A DNA stretch of 64,000 bases, taken from assembly GCA_030141605.1 (NCBI GenBank), contig JAQGDQ010000010.1, positions 1,240,001-1,304,000 of the forward strand. Reading direction: 5' to 3'. The DNA comes from Tubiluchus corallicola. Taxonomy: Eukaryota; Animalia; Priapulida. The translations under genes and the position numbers were made by a program. Each line of letters opens with the position of its first letter. Position 1 is the stretch's first letter. The notes under the pieces were generated by a model. The model saw only the letters and a program-made list of their open reading frames with translations, was not told the origin of the DNA and did no database searches. This document shows, piece by piece, positions 36,957-57,733 of this stretch.

Positions 36957-39900
36957 CAATTGTTGTTGTTATTCAATGACATAGTTGTTGGCTGTTTTGG
37001 ATTTATAATTTTGGATTAAGTATAGCTACTAACTATGTAACGATACATTGCTAGGCCTGTTATCTTTACTTTTTTCAGCATAAGACTTAACAGGTGTTAA
37101 AGCATATGTAAGGCAGCAAAATGTTTTTTAAATAAATTCAAAGAACACAGTTACTCTATGTTTGCCTATTGTTGTACAGGCTGATGACATAGGAGTACAA
37201 GACAGTTCGTAAATTATTGGCTATATTGCATTTTCAATGACGCTCAATGTTCATGTTACTCTAAAGTGCTTGCCCCCATAACGGTTACTTACAGTAAGAC
37301 GTTAATTAGGTGTACCATTACAAAAATTTATCCAGATTCAAATATCTCGAATATTTAAACAAAATCGTTGATACACTAGGCCTACACAGTGAATGTAATG
37401 AACACTTTACAGCAAGCCATAGGTGTACAAGTTTATCACTTAGTCTGCTTATTACAAGTTACCAGTTAATTGCAAAAATGTGAGACTCCAACAGTGTCTT
37501 GACTCTTGAAGGCAACACTTTTTGTCTACTTGGCAGGCAACATCTATTTACAGACATATGGTGTACAGGGGAAGATGACTATAATAAAAAACCAATAAAT
37601 AAAAAATGCTAGCAACGTATTATGTTATAAAATATGTTATAAAATAAAATCTATAGCTTGAAGGGAAGTAAAATGAAAATAATATTAGTTATTATGAATA
37701 ATAATTTCGTTATCATGACAATTCTGCAAAAACAATCTATAGTCTGATATGGGCTTAATCATAATTATAAATACCACCTGCTTACACATCCTACACTGTA
37801 TTATTATCAGAAATATCAGGTTATACTAGCAAAAGTATACACAAATCTAAACAGCAGTCATACCTCATAGGCAACAGAACAAACTGATGCAAATAATTAA
37901 CAAATAAGCCATATTCCAGAAAACTATCTTATGCATTACTTGCAGAAATGTACTCGTGAACAGAATTTAATAGTAAGTTTCTTACATACAAATCTGTAAG
38001 TATAACATACGCACTCATTTTTATGTGAATTAAAATACAGATCGAACAAAAACCTAATTATAGCAAACTCTGAAACTTCACAAATAACGAATGTTTGAAA
38101 AAACTAAGATACCAGTACAACCCAAACGTTGTACTGGGATTGTATTTTCTCATCACTACACACTCATTCTAAGATTGTAAGTATATTTGAGTAAATTTAC
38201 AGCAAACTAGGCTTTTGTAGTGATGCCGGGACACAGAAATGGTATGTACACTGTACAGTTGTACGAAATACATTTTAGATATCGAAATCAACTTTACACA
38301 TTGCAGTTTCAAACCCCTGTCAAAACCACAAAAATACCAACTTTGCATATAGCAATGTGTCACACTCTCTGTCACACCTGGAAGCCTCAGTAAAATACTA
38401 GCACAAATATACAAACTTTATCAGTTTAAAAATAGCTACCAAGGTTGAGTTATACAACACATAAACGTGCCTGTTGTACTACGTAAAACTGTCATAATAA
38501 ACCCTACAATGAACATGAATATGTATTACTGAGCGATATGCTTACAGGCAGAGGCAAAAAATCTTACAAATGTCTAAGCGACTAAAAGTTGGCATCACAG
38601 AAATGGACTTAGCCCAGAGACAATTATAGAAGCTTCTAGGATCGAGGTAGTTGCGGGGAAGGAGAATGTCCAGCAAAAGGCCCCATAAATACTTGAAAAG
38701 TTCGATTTCTAAAATGAAATTTTTTTAGAATATTCACTACTTGCATATATTTCTAATAGCAATACAGCTGCTACCTTCAAACACTATTGCAGTTATTGTT
38801 ACATACTCAATTGTAGTGTTAATTAGTAGCCTATATTCACACCAAGCACACATGGAGTAATGTGATTTAAAATTGTGATGCTTAGCAAGATAAATTTACC
38901 TCATGCTACTATTGTTTCTAACAATTTCTCAGAACTATACTATGAAAGGAGACCTCGATTTTGTTTATCTCACTGTTTCTATCACTTTGCTGGATACAAC
39001 TTGAAAATAGTCATTCTGCGAAGTATCCCACCTATCCATAGGCACTCCTATGTCTGGTGTTGCTTAAGAACTGAAGGAAGTATTTTTGAGTGTCATAAAG
39101 TAATTACAACAAGATGTTTTTATGACTTATACTGGTTGGTGACCAGGTGGCAAGGGGAGTTTATACAGTAACTACAATGGTATGATTTCAAGCCAATAAT
39201 AAATCAATGAGTCAGCGAGATAACACTTTTTAAGTTTAAACTATTATGTAGTGAAATTTTTGTACTGTGGATGTGCTGGTGCAAAAATCAATATTTCTTA
39301 TCTTTATAGCAGCAGGTCCATTTATAGAATGAGATCGCCAGAATAACAGTTACTTCACGTGCAAATACAATCACACCTGGACGTTATGCCGCTGCCAAAT
39401 GTTTAAGTAGTATGTAGGGACAAATTGCAGCATATACAGGCTTATGAAAAAATATGCAAGTAATAATTATGTTGCAACTTTGATGAGTATTAGAAAGTGG
39501 AACAATTTTGTCATTTCTGCTAATAGAGGAAACATACAAACTTTTTTCTATTAAAGTTCTGAGAAAAAACATTTAAGGTAAAAATTTGTGTCCCTCCGTC
39601 ATACAAAAACTTAATGTCCCACAGACTATGACTACGTCAGTAAGCGAAGATTTTCCAGCCCTGCTTGCATGCCAAACAAAAACTTAGCAAAAGTTCTCAT
39701 TTTTACAGTTCCTTTCACACGTAGAGTATCTTTCTTCTTTTGATCCCTTATAATTAGAGAAACCATAGAATTAAACATAATGTATGGATAGGTAGTATCA
39801 TACCAATTTTTTACACGTTCAAAAAGAGTTCCACATTTTTATATACAAGAAGTTCACACTATGTAAAGCTGCTCTAAAGCATCTGTATAGTGCTAGCATT

Positions 39901-40215
39901 GCCTAATACATGTGTTCAGTATAAATGTGTAAAAAATGTGAAACATCTAAAATGATTGTCAAGCAAATTAAAAAAAATAGACTTCACACACAACAGATAC
40001 AGAAACCCTGAGCCAATCAACAAAATTTTATACATAGTAATAGTTTGCTTGTTAAATAATATGTGTAATACATAATTAATTATCATTATATTAATATTAC
40101 TTAAGTATATATTCACCCTAAAAGAGATTTATGATAAAACTTAGAACGGTAAGACTTTATGCTCTTTAATTTGTTCAAAACCCAGTTATTGCGAAATGGT
40201 TATATAGAAGCTAGC

Positions 40216-43200
40216 TTATCTTGACACGCTTTCTTTTTGTAATGACCGAAAGTTCACTACACGCCCCTCTTGTACTGAAATGTTGCATGCTTCAGCTATA
40301 AGTGATACCATTTCGGGCGCCTCTCGGGTTACAACTGGATCTGCTATACCTGAAACAACAATCAATTAAACGTTCGCACAAGTTTCCTTGGATTCACTGA
40401 AGAGATTAGAATGAAAGGCCATCTGAAACGCAATGAACTGTATAACGAAAATCATAATGTGTTATGTGCATTTGATTAAAGCTCATAGCCAGTATTAAAC
40501 AAATCTGACTCGCCCACACCTGTATTGTATATTTTTTACTCGTGACATATTTTAGCGACATTTACATAGCTTAAAGCAAACCTTAAATATAAACTTAAAT
40601 AGCTATCTTTTGTTTATCAATAAAAATATTCTTTAAGAAATACCACTATTTTACAATTTATTGCAAACCAAAAGTAATTGTACTTCAACACAACCATTGT
40701 GAAAAAACATATTTTTTACCAAATGTTATGAAAGCTTGAGGGGGCCATAATCTGCAGCCTATACTAGCCTATAGGATAATCCGGCGGTGGTTATTTATTA
40801 AAAATATTACTACTGTGATTACTGATTTAGTTAATATTGTGAAACACTGTCCAACAGTAGGTACAAGCTTTCGTTTCCTATAACTGAGTGCCTATAACTG
40901 AAGTACTAAGTTGTCACTTTTCTAGATACTAATGTTTACACACTGAAACTGCATAAAGCTTAGATTGAAGTGCTAATTTAAGTCTCTTTAGCTGCTTTGG
41001 ATAAGCTCACATGACGCAGGGCTACGATTATTTATCAAAGCTATAATTTTTACAGTTGCGAACTGTAACAAAACTAGTGATTTGCAGAATTGCTGTAGAG
41101 TTAAAAATACATCCAAAGTAACTTTTAATGCATTTTGCACACTTTTTCTACTACTGTTTGAATGAAATACATGTACCTACCCTCTAGTAAATCAAAGAAA
41201 TGCTGCATTTCCAGTTTATAAGCAGCATTGTAACGCTGTCCGAATGAATAATGAATCGGGGTGGTCAAGCATCCTTCCTTATTGGAATATTGCACATTGC
41301 ATTGGCTCTCATTGCCAACAACTACCATACCACCAGTACCAAACACCTGTTGTAATATAGCAGATATTATATTCTGTTGTAACTTTCATCCCCTTTACTT
41401 TGACGACAACTGCACACTAAATTGGCGCATAGTGAAGGTAATTATGCAAAGTTTCCAAATATTAAAAAATGTGAAGCACCATCTAACAAGCCATGAAAGT
41501 ACATGCTTGCTTAAGTTCCTTTCAGCAAGTATGCACTTGAATATCCTTCTGTAAAGTTTCCAAACATTAAAAAATGTGAAGCAACATCTAACAAGTCACG
41601 AAAGTACACACTTGCTTAAGTAGCTTTCAGAAAGTATGCACTTGAATAGCCTTCCTTACTGAGCTGTTCAGTTTACGTGTTTATTATGCCAGTGTCGCAC
41701 AGAACTGGACATAATCTATAAGGTGTAAGATACGAGGAGAAAAAGTCGTCTCATGAAAAATGAAGATATCCTAACCAATGGTCTCTGTCACACAGATAAT
41801 TCAAATGCTGTCTTCCGCTAATCGAGTTTTGCCTACCATAACCTGTCAGCCATAATCCTCGGTAAGCTTCTTGCAAGCCGTTATGAGCAGTTTATAAAGT
41901 GCCTTAGGCAAAATGAATTTGGTCATTAATTTCGTTTGCCACAAGACATTTTTGCTGATCGTTAACAAGAAAATTAGTGCAGTTAAGCTTCATTTCTACA
42001 TACAATCCATTTACAGTAGGTGCCGTTTATTAGACTCATGGTTAATAGAATCAGTCACCTAATTTATTCAAAACATGTGCTTCAATAAGACACTTTTGTG
42101 TGAACAATAAGCTTTTGACTTAATAAAAACAATCATGTTAAGTGCCATTTTGTTTGTAAGCTGGAACGTTTATCATAAGTTAATATGCTAGCTTAGCGGT
42201 TAGCTTTTGAAGCTCTCACTGCTTTTCACAGAACATTTAATCAGTTAGCTGTTGCTGTTATGCCAGGCAGGGATGCAGGTACAGTACAATAAGGTGTTGC
42301 AAAGTTATGGGTAGATTATTGTGCAAATTCGAATGCTTGGAAGACAACTGTGTGTTGTTTAATGAATGGTTAGTGAAATGAGATGCGAGCTTTAAGCAAA
42401 ACATCATTTTACTGGTAGACAACTGCACTACCAATGTAGCCAAAGCATCATTCTCAGTTAGGCACAAATGACCTGGCTAAATAGCCAGCCTTTTCAATGC
42501 ACTGCATTTTCAGAAATGCTTCACTTCATCACCACCAACTGCAGTTCGAGCAAGCGAAGCACTAAGTATTTTATCAGAATGTGTGCATCATACAGTAACA
42601 GATTTTCAACATTTTTATCATTACAAGAACTTTGAAAGCCAACATCTTTGCAAAAATGAAGCAGCCGATCTTAAACGAATTTTTGTAAATAAACAGACTT
42701 GTGTGACTTAGAAAAGTAAACTTTTTTATTTTCTTTTTTTTATTAAACTAACTGCATGGAAGTTTAGGCATTTCTTCGTTTCTAAAATTCACTAAAAGTA
42801 TTTTTAGTCACCAGTCAATCATTTTGTACAATGTAGGCGATTGACAAACTGTTATTCCGTAATGAGCAAAAATTACACTAACCACTAAATTATAGTATCG
42901 ATTATATTAAAATATAGCAGTTTCATACCACGTGTCAAAAAATGGATTATGGCAAAACGCCTTGCTACTTACACAGAGCAAGGCACATACCGCGGATTAC
43001 GATGTGCGCCTTACGGAAGATGGAAGACGTCTTATGGTCTACGGGTTATGGATTATGGCTTGCTCTTTACGGCTTTTTCTGTGAGACACGGGCCTTATGA
43101 TTAACACTACATCTGCTTGTTTGGTTTTGTTCACTTAATCAGTGGAAAGAGATTATACATAGTTACTATGTTTTGTAAAAAAGCACAGGAATTAATCAAA

Positions 43201-45742
43201 TTTCCTGTAAACAGATTGCACTGCATTTAATATTTATATAGCAACATAAAACAAATAAATGAAGTATAGTGAACCTACCAATAATGTGAACCGAGCCTTA
43301 CCTTAATGCGTAAACATCCTGCTGCAATGTAAACAACATGAGATACACTTGGAAATCTTGTCAACTATCACAAATCTAGTAACAGCAATAACACTTACAA
43401 TTAGACTCTAATAATGATTATAGAAGAAAGTATAGCACTACTTAAGGATGCAAACATTTACACTAGTTCATAAATATTACATGTAATCAAAAAAGTCATT
43501 AATCAACTTATCATTCACAGCTACCTCTAAACGTTGGTCATATCCATACACAGCATGACGATTCAAGTCTATAACACCAATTGCACCACTATGGAATTTC
43601 ATTGTAACGGCAATCGAGTCCAAATCATTGATAGCCGCTACTTCTGGAATGTGAGCACATGCAGTTGCATATACAGTTTCAGGCCATTCATTGAGTATCC
43701 AGCATATCATGTCAATGTCATGAACAACAGTATCATGACACACTCCACCTATATAAGAGAAGAGTAAATAATTAAAAAGTAATCTTGAAGTGCTCCAGGT
43801 ATGGAAAATATAGCAATAAATGTAAAAACTCTGCAAATACTTGATTTAATAGACTTGCTTAGTCAAAGAAAGGCAAGAAAGAATGGTCTAGTTCTTGTGT
43901 GACCTTCACAGACAAGTTTTGAATTCTTCATCAAGCACTTTAATGATTTATGATAAGCAATAAACTTATTAATTAAGCCTAATTAGAGGTCTGGTTAATT
44001 ACATATAAATGTAATCTAAAAATGACAAATGCAAATAATACCTGATTGCTTTAAGTATTCCATAGTAGGCAGTGGGCTATCACGACTGCATGATTTAACC
44101 ATTTTGATTTTGCCCAACTCGCCGGCTCTAACTTTCCTATAAGCTGAACTGAATCCTGGATCAAACCGCCGCATGAATGCACAGTAAAGCACCAGATCCT
44201 GAGTTTCTGCGAGATTATATATCTCAGCAATTTGCTCATCGTCATTTGTGACAGGTTTTTCACAAAATACTGACTTTCCTGTTTCAAGAAAAATATGAGA
44301 AGATAGAGACAAGCTTAAATAGCTGGCATACAGGTTTTAAAAAGTAGCTAGCAAAATTATTTTCAATAGTTAATAAACTTAGACATAAATTGTAGTTTAT
44401 CACAGCATCATTATTGCCATCATACTGTGATACAAAGACCTACTTTGTACTTATTAATGCCTCAATCTGTGAACAGAAAGTGATTAATTGAAGTGATAAA
44501 AATTGGGCAAACATTTTCGAACTAAACATGCTATCCAGACCAGAAACCACCTCATATCTTTGTTAAATTAGACACGCAATAGTTGTTAGTAAATAAGACA
44601 TGCTAAGTACGACAATGACAAATCCAAAACTATTGTTTGGAAAGATTTTTCTGTACGAAGTATTTTTATATAAAAAAATTCTCATTATTCTTTTCGTGGC
44701 AGCTTAATCAACAATGTGTAATTTAAAAGTTTTAAGTTAACATACCAGCAATTAAAGCTTTACGAACTAGATCCTCGTGCGTCCAAGTAGGAGAACATAT
44801 AACAACACTGTCTATCCTGAAAACAATTAAATTACTCAGAGTTACAGAGAGCAGCAAGCGGCAACATCATACAACTAATTTCACATATTGCACTGCACTT
44901 GTGTGGCAGTGACACATTGTGTTTAGTATTTTACTGTAATGGTAAGTCTACAAATTGTACTTTTGTACTGCACACATACATTAAATTCTACCTTAAGTTA
45001 TATCTTACTTACCATGAACACCTTAATTTGTAATTTCCCAAAAGTTCAAAATACCATTTTCGTTGAAAATTTACCTTCGATTTGAGCATACTTCGTTTTA
45101 ATACTGTGAAATTGGCTCATATAACATCATGTGTTGTTTCTAATGTGCAATTAAAACAATGGGTAATATCATTAAAATAATGGGTACACAGATGCCAAAG
45201 GTATAAGAAAATAAACACTATCATTACAATAATGGCTACGTGTTAGTGCGATGTTGCTGACAGTAACTGTTACACTTCATCAGCTAAGTTACTTAGATAG
45301 ATTGACGATTATGCTAATACAATTGCACAGGTTGGGGTTAATGGGTATGCTCAAGGAACTGTCCCAACAGCACAAGGTCATGTGAAGTTGTCACTAATGG
45401 CATGAGTAAGAAAGTGTCATTACAAATGTCAACAGAACAATAAAATTAAAAAGAAAGTGATGTATCAAAACAGGCTACAAGTCTGCTATTTTAAATGTTA
45501 AAACTCACATACATGCTATCAGCTAGTGCAATGTGAATGTCAGTTGTTGACAGAGCCGTGACACCTCTGTCAGGTGCTACCAATTGCAACCTCTCTGCAA
45601 CCACATCTGCGTCCACATCAATCACATATTTTACGTGAGCTCGTGGAGTGTGCAAAAGATTTTCTAGATGAATACTTCCAATTCTACCAATTCCAAAAAG
45701 TGCTACTCCATGTCTTTTCAGTGCAGGAACATGATTATCCAT
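40216..45742 (-). CDS. myo-inositol 2-dehydrogenase-like oxidoreductase (IolG-like, Gfo/Idh/MocA family), paralogue B, 6 coding exons, ~353 aa
   Basis: Exons 45742-45513, 44816-44746, 44278-44042, 43748-43525, 41346-41181 and 40349-40216. Exons 1-5 have the same coding lengths (230/71/237/224/166) and phases as paralogue A. Motifs: GIGRIG, FCEKP, AFMRRFDP, SGGVCHDTVVHDID, YGYDQRLEVFG. Confidence 0.9.
41448..41654. repeat. Tandem duplication with 105-bp period, 2 copies (intron of paralogue B)
   Basis: aaagtttccaaa.attaaaaaatgtgaagca...gtatgcacttgaata.ccttc begins at 41448 and again at 41553. Confidence 0.9.
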
Positions 45743-46334
45743 TTTGCTTGGTGTAGGTAAAATCCCTCTCTACTAGTACTAATACTAAGTCAGAACAGCA
45801 GTACTGATAATGATTAGAAGAGATGACTAGGCTACTCACTACTGCATGAAACAAAAGTTCCTGAAAGTAAATATTAATATCGTCATTCATAATTCATACA
45901 TGTGTAAATATAATCTCGGTAAATCAAATGAACATAAAACAATGAGAGCACACCAAATAAATTTAAACCCAAGCCTACCTTGTTTTGATTGCTTCGCAAT
46001 TTATAGTTTTCATCAAGGTATGTGCATGAGTGGTGCACACAGTCAAATGGCTGTCTTCCTAATAATCACGAGACTTTTCATTTCATTCTCACTTGTAAAC
46101 AGTTTTTTCAACTTTAGCCTTTACTTAACCTCATGGCAACAAGCAACCTATAGTATTACTTTATGGTAGGCAACCGTTCGTTGAACTTGTAAGTAAGTAC
46201 ATCCTGCCACGACTAACGAATCTGTAACTATACATTACGGTTAAACTAGACTGAACTAGACAGCAGTATTGCTTTGTTGTTGTACTCAGCTGGATTAAAC
46301 TGGACTAACATCCATAATTTTTATTACTGTATAT

Positions 46335-46430
46335 AACGCAACGTCACGATCACGTGCGCGGTGACGTTTTTTGTTGGGCGCAGAATACGTCATTAGTCGG
46401 ACTATGACACTTCCGCTAACGCGCATTTGC
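46335..46430. promoter_or_regulatory. Candidate bidirectional promoter between dehydrogenase paralogue B (-) and TFB1M (+)
   Basis: Local CpG cluster in AT-rich DNA, with inverted CRE-like half-sites AACGTCAC (46340) and GTGACGTT (46361) around an E-box CACGTG (46351), another ACGTCA (~46387) and an ETS-like CACTTCCG (46408). It lies between divergent genes. Confidence 0.5.
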
Positions 46431-47009
46431 TAAATTTGTGAAAAAGCAGTGTGGTACATGGGCAGTCCAAGTATTATAACATAATAAAACATAAAACTAA
46501 ATTTGTTTTAGAAAAAAAGTAACGTTATAATAATGGTGGATAGTCCATGATAATTTACAAATGTATTTTTGCAGTAATATCATCATCATTATTAACTCCA
46601 TTTATTTTATCTTAACATTAAACTAAGTATCTAATGCTATAAAGAGAGAAACTATGTAAAGCACATTGCTCGCTAGCCCGTTTACTTAGCAGAAAACAAT
46701 TATTTGTCCAAGAAGTAGTGAAATGGATCATCTGTATGTGAAGCGAGACAAAATAAAAGATGATACACTCTAAACAAATGTTGGAGTCGCCTAAAAAGCC
46801 GGCTTATTTCACTTCAGAAAGCCTAGTATCGAAGCCAAATTTAATTTTTTTCCATTCTACTAGCTCAGAATAAGAGTCTTTTATTTTATCATATGTGTAA
46901 TAAATTTTATGATGTATTAAGATTTTCAATTATTATTAATATTATTAAATAAACAAGGACAACTCGGACGCTGCCACTACGGCTAACGACTCATTTGACC
47001 TGTCTGTTT

Positions 47010-47105
47010 GTCCTACTTGGGCAAGCCCATGTACGACGCGCCCTACTTGGGCTAGCCTACATACAATGCGTCCTGCCTGGGCTAAGCCATGTACGCCAAT
47101 TGTCC
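47010..47105. repeat. 30-bp tandem repeat, ~3 copies (gtcctacttgggcaagcccatgtacgacgc-like)
   Basis: Visible periodicity at 47010, 47040 and 47070. Confidence 0.75.
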
Positions 47106-48821
47106 TTCTTTGGCTTGTGTCCTACTCTGCTCCCAGCAAAATTTTACACAAATCTTCGATCATTTTTTTTCACTTTCATTTTATTGCACAAATACAATAG
47201 TGTATCATGGCAAAAAATTGAAATTACAAAAAAAATTAAAGTACAAGAACAATTTAAAAATATAACAAATACAATTATGCAAGAATGTAATTATGCAGTT
47301 ATGCAGATCACGTTTTAGCAAAGTTTTTTGGTTTGTCAGGGATGGGATATCCCATGTTGCTTTCGATAATTTGGCAAAAAATCACAAAATACATGTAATC
47401 CGGAACTATGCCAACTATGGAAAGTAAAAGTTAAACAACAACAAGAAATTGATTGCTTTTCAAAGACGTCTTCACAGAAAGCTATTAGGTACCAAGTCTC
47501 ACGTTTTCACGAAAAGCTAGTAGGTCTATTTTTGGGAAAAACTGAGTTAACGCATTTATAGTGCCATGTTGCATTTTGCCACAGTGGGATCTGATGATCT
47601 GAATCTTGTTACGCGAATTATTAATGAAATAAAAAACCTAGTAAACCTATTTTTTGTTGAAATTTTGGCACAAACCTTAGTAAATCCGTTAGAGCCAATT
47701 ACCAGACATGTTGCAAACATGCAATCAGGAACTATCACACAAGTGGACAGCTAGATGGGCTGTTCAACCATTTAATGGCAATGGACAAATATATGGGACT
47801 CTTGATCGCAACAGTTTGAACTACTTCTGCATATCTGAAAGGTTAAGCTGTAGTATGACTGACAATTCTGTTTCACTTGAACTCATGCAGGAACAAACGA
47901 TTGCTTAACCCTCTAGATATTCAGGAGTAGAATAAACTGTCACGGTTAAGAATCACAGTACAGTAAGTCCTCTCTTAATAACTCCCAGTTTAGCGAAGTT
48001 CCATTTGACACTTTTTTCTCACTTAACAATGCACGTTTCTTTTTAACAAATTTTTTTTTTACTTTGTTCAATGCCATTTTTATTTTATCAATAATATTTT
48101 TAGCCAATTTGAAACATTTAAACAGTACATATTGCATTATTCTGTTCTAAGCACTAGTAACATAAAACAGTACAATTATAAATTATACTTTTATTCCTCT
48201 TGTTATGTTTGTGTCAGATGTTAGCCGCTGGTATAAAGCAAGATCTCTTTGCTATTTATACACCTCCAAAAACCTGGATACAAACTTGGTTGAAGGAATT
48301 TTGCCTGCAATTCAACCATAGAAATTCTTCACATATTGCCTCCTTAAAAGCACCAAAGGCACAAGGAAGTCTATAATTAGTAATTATAAACACATGCTGG
48401 TATGGTTATGATTCAAGAGATACAAAAATATATACTGTAGTCTGTACGAAAGTGTCACAGAGTCAGAGAAGGGGTAGCAAATTACAGTGTATCTGTAATG
48501 TATTATAGCTGCTGAAACTGTAGTACTGTGATAATAACTGTTAATGGCCATGAAACTACTGAATTACTAAGCATTATTACTGATATCAACTCACTTTTGC
48601 AAATATTTTTTCTGTGGATTTACTTCATGCATGCAAACTGCCTGTTTTTCAGTTTCAGTCATTGCTGGATTTCTTTTTCTAGGTTGTAAAAAATAAGTGA
48701 GGCTCAGAGTTTGTTGAATCCCCAAATCTACCATTGCATTGTGCAGCCTGGATTATTATCTTGAGATGAACAATGATAGCTATTTAATTCCAATTAAATA
48801 TATTTTGTTTTGTTTTGTTAG

Positions 48822-55640
<6,819 letters not shown>

Positions 55641-57733
55641 AGATTCAACTAAATTTTTCAGTGATATACGCAAGCTCGAGCTTTTAATTTTTAACCATGA
55701 CTTCTAGTGATGAGTCAACACTAGTTTTTGATATGTACTTTCAGTGGTACTTCAGCTTGGACTAGTGTTTTATCTACGTTATTGATGAATTTCACTAAAA
55801 GTAGCGGTTATGATAACATAATTATACTCGATCGACTCTTAATGGTGTTTGATAGTAAGAGCCAAAATCTCTCTCTTGCAGCAGTTTAGTGCCTTGCTGA
55901 GTGCATTAATTGCTGGCACAATTAATTTTTTTTTACAAAATCATTTTATTACATTTTTTTCAATTTTCTAAAGAAATTGGCTGTAAATTGTGCACAACAC
56001 TTTGTGAGATTGGGTCAGTTTTATTCTTAGTATTAAGAAGTCATGTTTCATTTGAGTTTTATTGATGAAATGTTGTTAATAATGTATAGTGTTAATTTTA
56101 TATGAAAATAAACAATTTTTGTGTAGGTAGGCTATGTATTTGTTAGCTGATGTTGTTTTGCTAACCTGTAAGAATAGCGAAATATTAGAAACCTGATTCT
56201 AGCTACTACTTACTACTGCACATCACTGTACTGTGACTGGGAACTTTCACTTTCAGTGCACTGGCAGGAAATACCAACCATTAATGATGCTTTTTCAGGA
56301 ATGGTGAAATTACTTGTAATAGTGGAGAAAGTGTAGTCAACAAAATAGTGGAGAAAATAAGCATAGGCAAATTCCTTCATGGTACCCACGTACGGTAAAC
56401 CCATGATTTTTTCTGTGAAAGTGAAGTAAAAAATTATAACAGACGGAGTTCTGTGCATTTCGCCTACTGCTAATAGGTGCTTCACAAAGTCAGCAAAGCT
56501 CAGTGTCTTGAGTTAATAAGCTGCGCTGAAAAAACGATAAGTCTCTTATTGTTTCCTCGACCTTGCAAGTGTTGTGATCCTCCCACTCAAAAATTAACTT
56601 GAACAGGTTATTAAGAAGTATACCTACTTATCACCAATTGCTCCTATAGAAGAACTGCTAAGTACCGCAGTTGTGCTAAGTGTTATCGAAACAAAACACG
56701 CAAAAATATGGTACTAAAATAGTATTCGCCCATGCGGTACTAAAATAATATAGTACAGAGAATAATACAGTTATGACATTAAACACTTATGATAGCTGTC
56801 ATAATAACATCACATTCATGACTATCATAAACTAAAATAACACATGCTGTCTTAGTCAGTAAGACATTATATAGACAGCCCAAGTGCAAAATCACTTGAG
56901 ATGCCAGATTTAAATATCTAACTAGTTTAATACTAATGCATGGAATTATTAGTACCATTTTACGATGTTAAATAAAACGATGGTAAACATCACTAAATGA
57001 CATTTTGCGAGTTTGTGCCTTTCACTCTTAGACACAGTAATAATAGAACTGGCTGAGTCACTTGAGGAACTGCACATAAAACAGATAAACATATGAGATC
57101 TCAAAGCTCATTGATAAATAAACTGATTAGAAAGCAATAATTCTCATGTAAATGGCCTTATCGGTTATATTATAGTTTTAATAGGCCTCTGTAAAGCTAA
57201 AGCTAATCTACGAAAACTCCACTTGTGTGAAAGTATAATTTAAATTATATTACACGCCTTTGTGAATTAAAATCACATTGCTGTGGATGCTTTAGCATGA
57301 AGCCCAACTCTGTATCAGATTTAGAATACAATAAATGGATTGAAGAATATATTCAGGCAAACAATTGCAGCAATGTGAATTAAAATATTACAAGATTATG
57401 GGACATAACTAGCATCGAGCAAATTACATCCTAATGATAGAGATAACAGGAAAGCAGTCTTACTTGTGCCAATTATATTTTCCGCTATTAGAAATGTTAT
57501 GAAACTTATTAGCACTTACAGAAAATTAATCAGTCTGCTTGACTAGATTCACTAGGCCTTTAAATCACATTGTCATTTTGCCAGCTAGTTGCATAATAAT
57601 ATCATAATGTCTGAATTGGTAAAATGCATTTTGTAGGTCAGAACATTTCAAACATGAGTATTGGTCAACAGTTTTAATATCTAAGCCTCATTAGCAAGTA
57701 ACATCTTCACAATGACTGAAAAAATTACTGTTA

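Noticed and set aside
41690-42720. Possible decayed transposase in the paralogue B intron
   Set aside because: No recognisable motif or terminal repeats could be read with confidence.
20759-45742. Dehydrogenases as bacterial contamination or recent horizontal transfer
   Set aside because: Each has five spliceosomal introns at shared positions, host-like composition and animal gene neighbours. Ancient transfer cannot be judged without a phylogeny.
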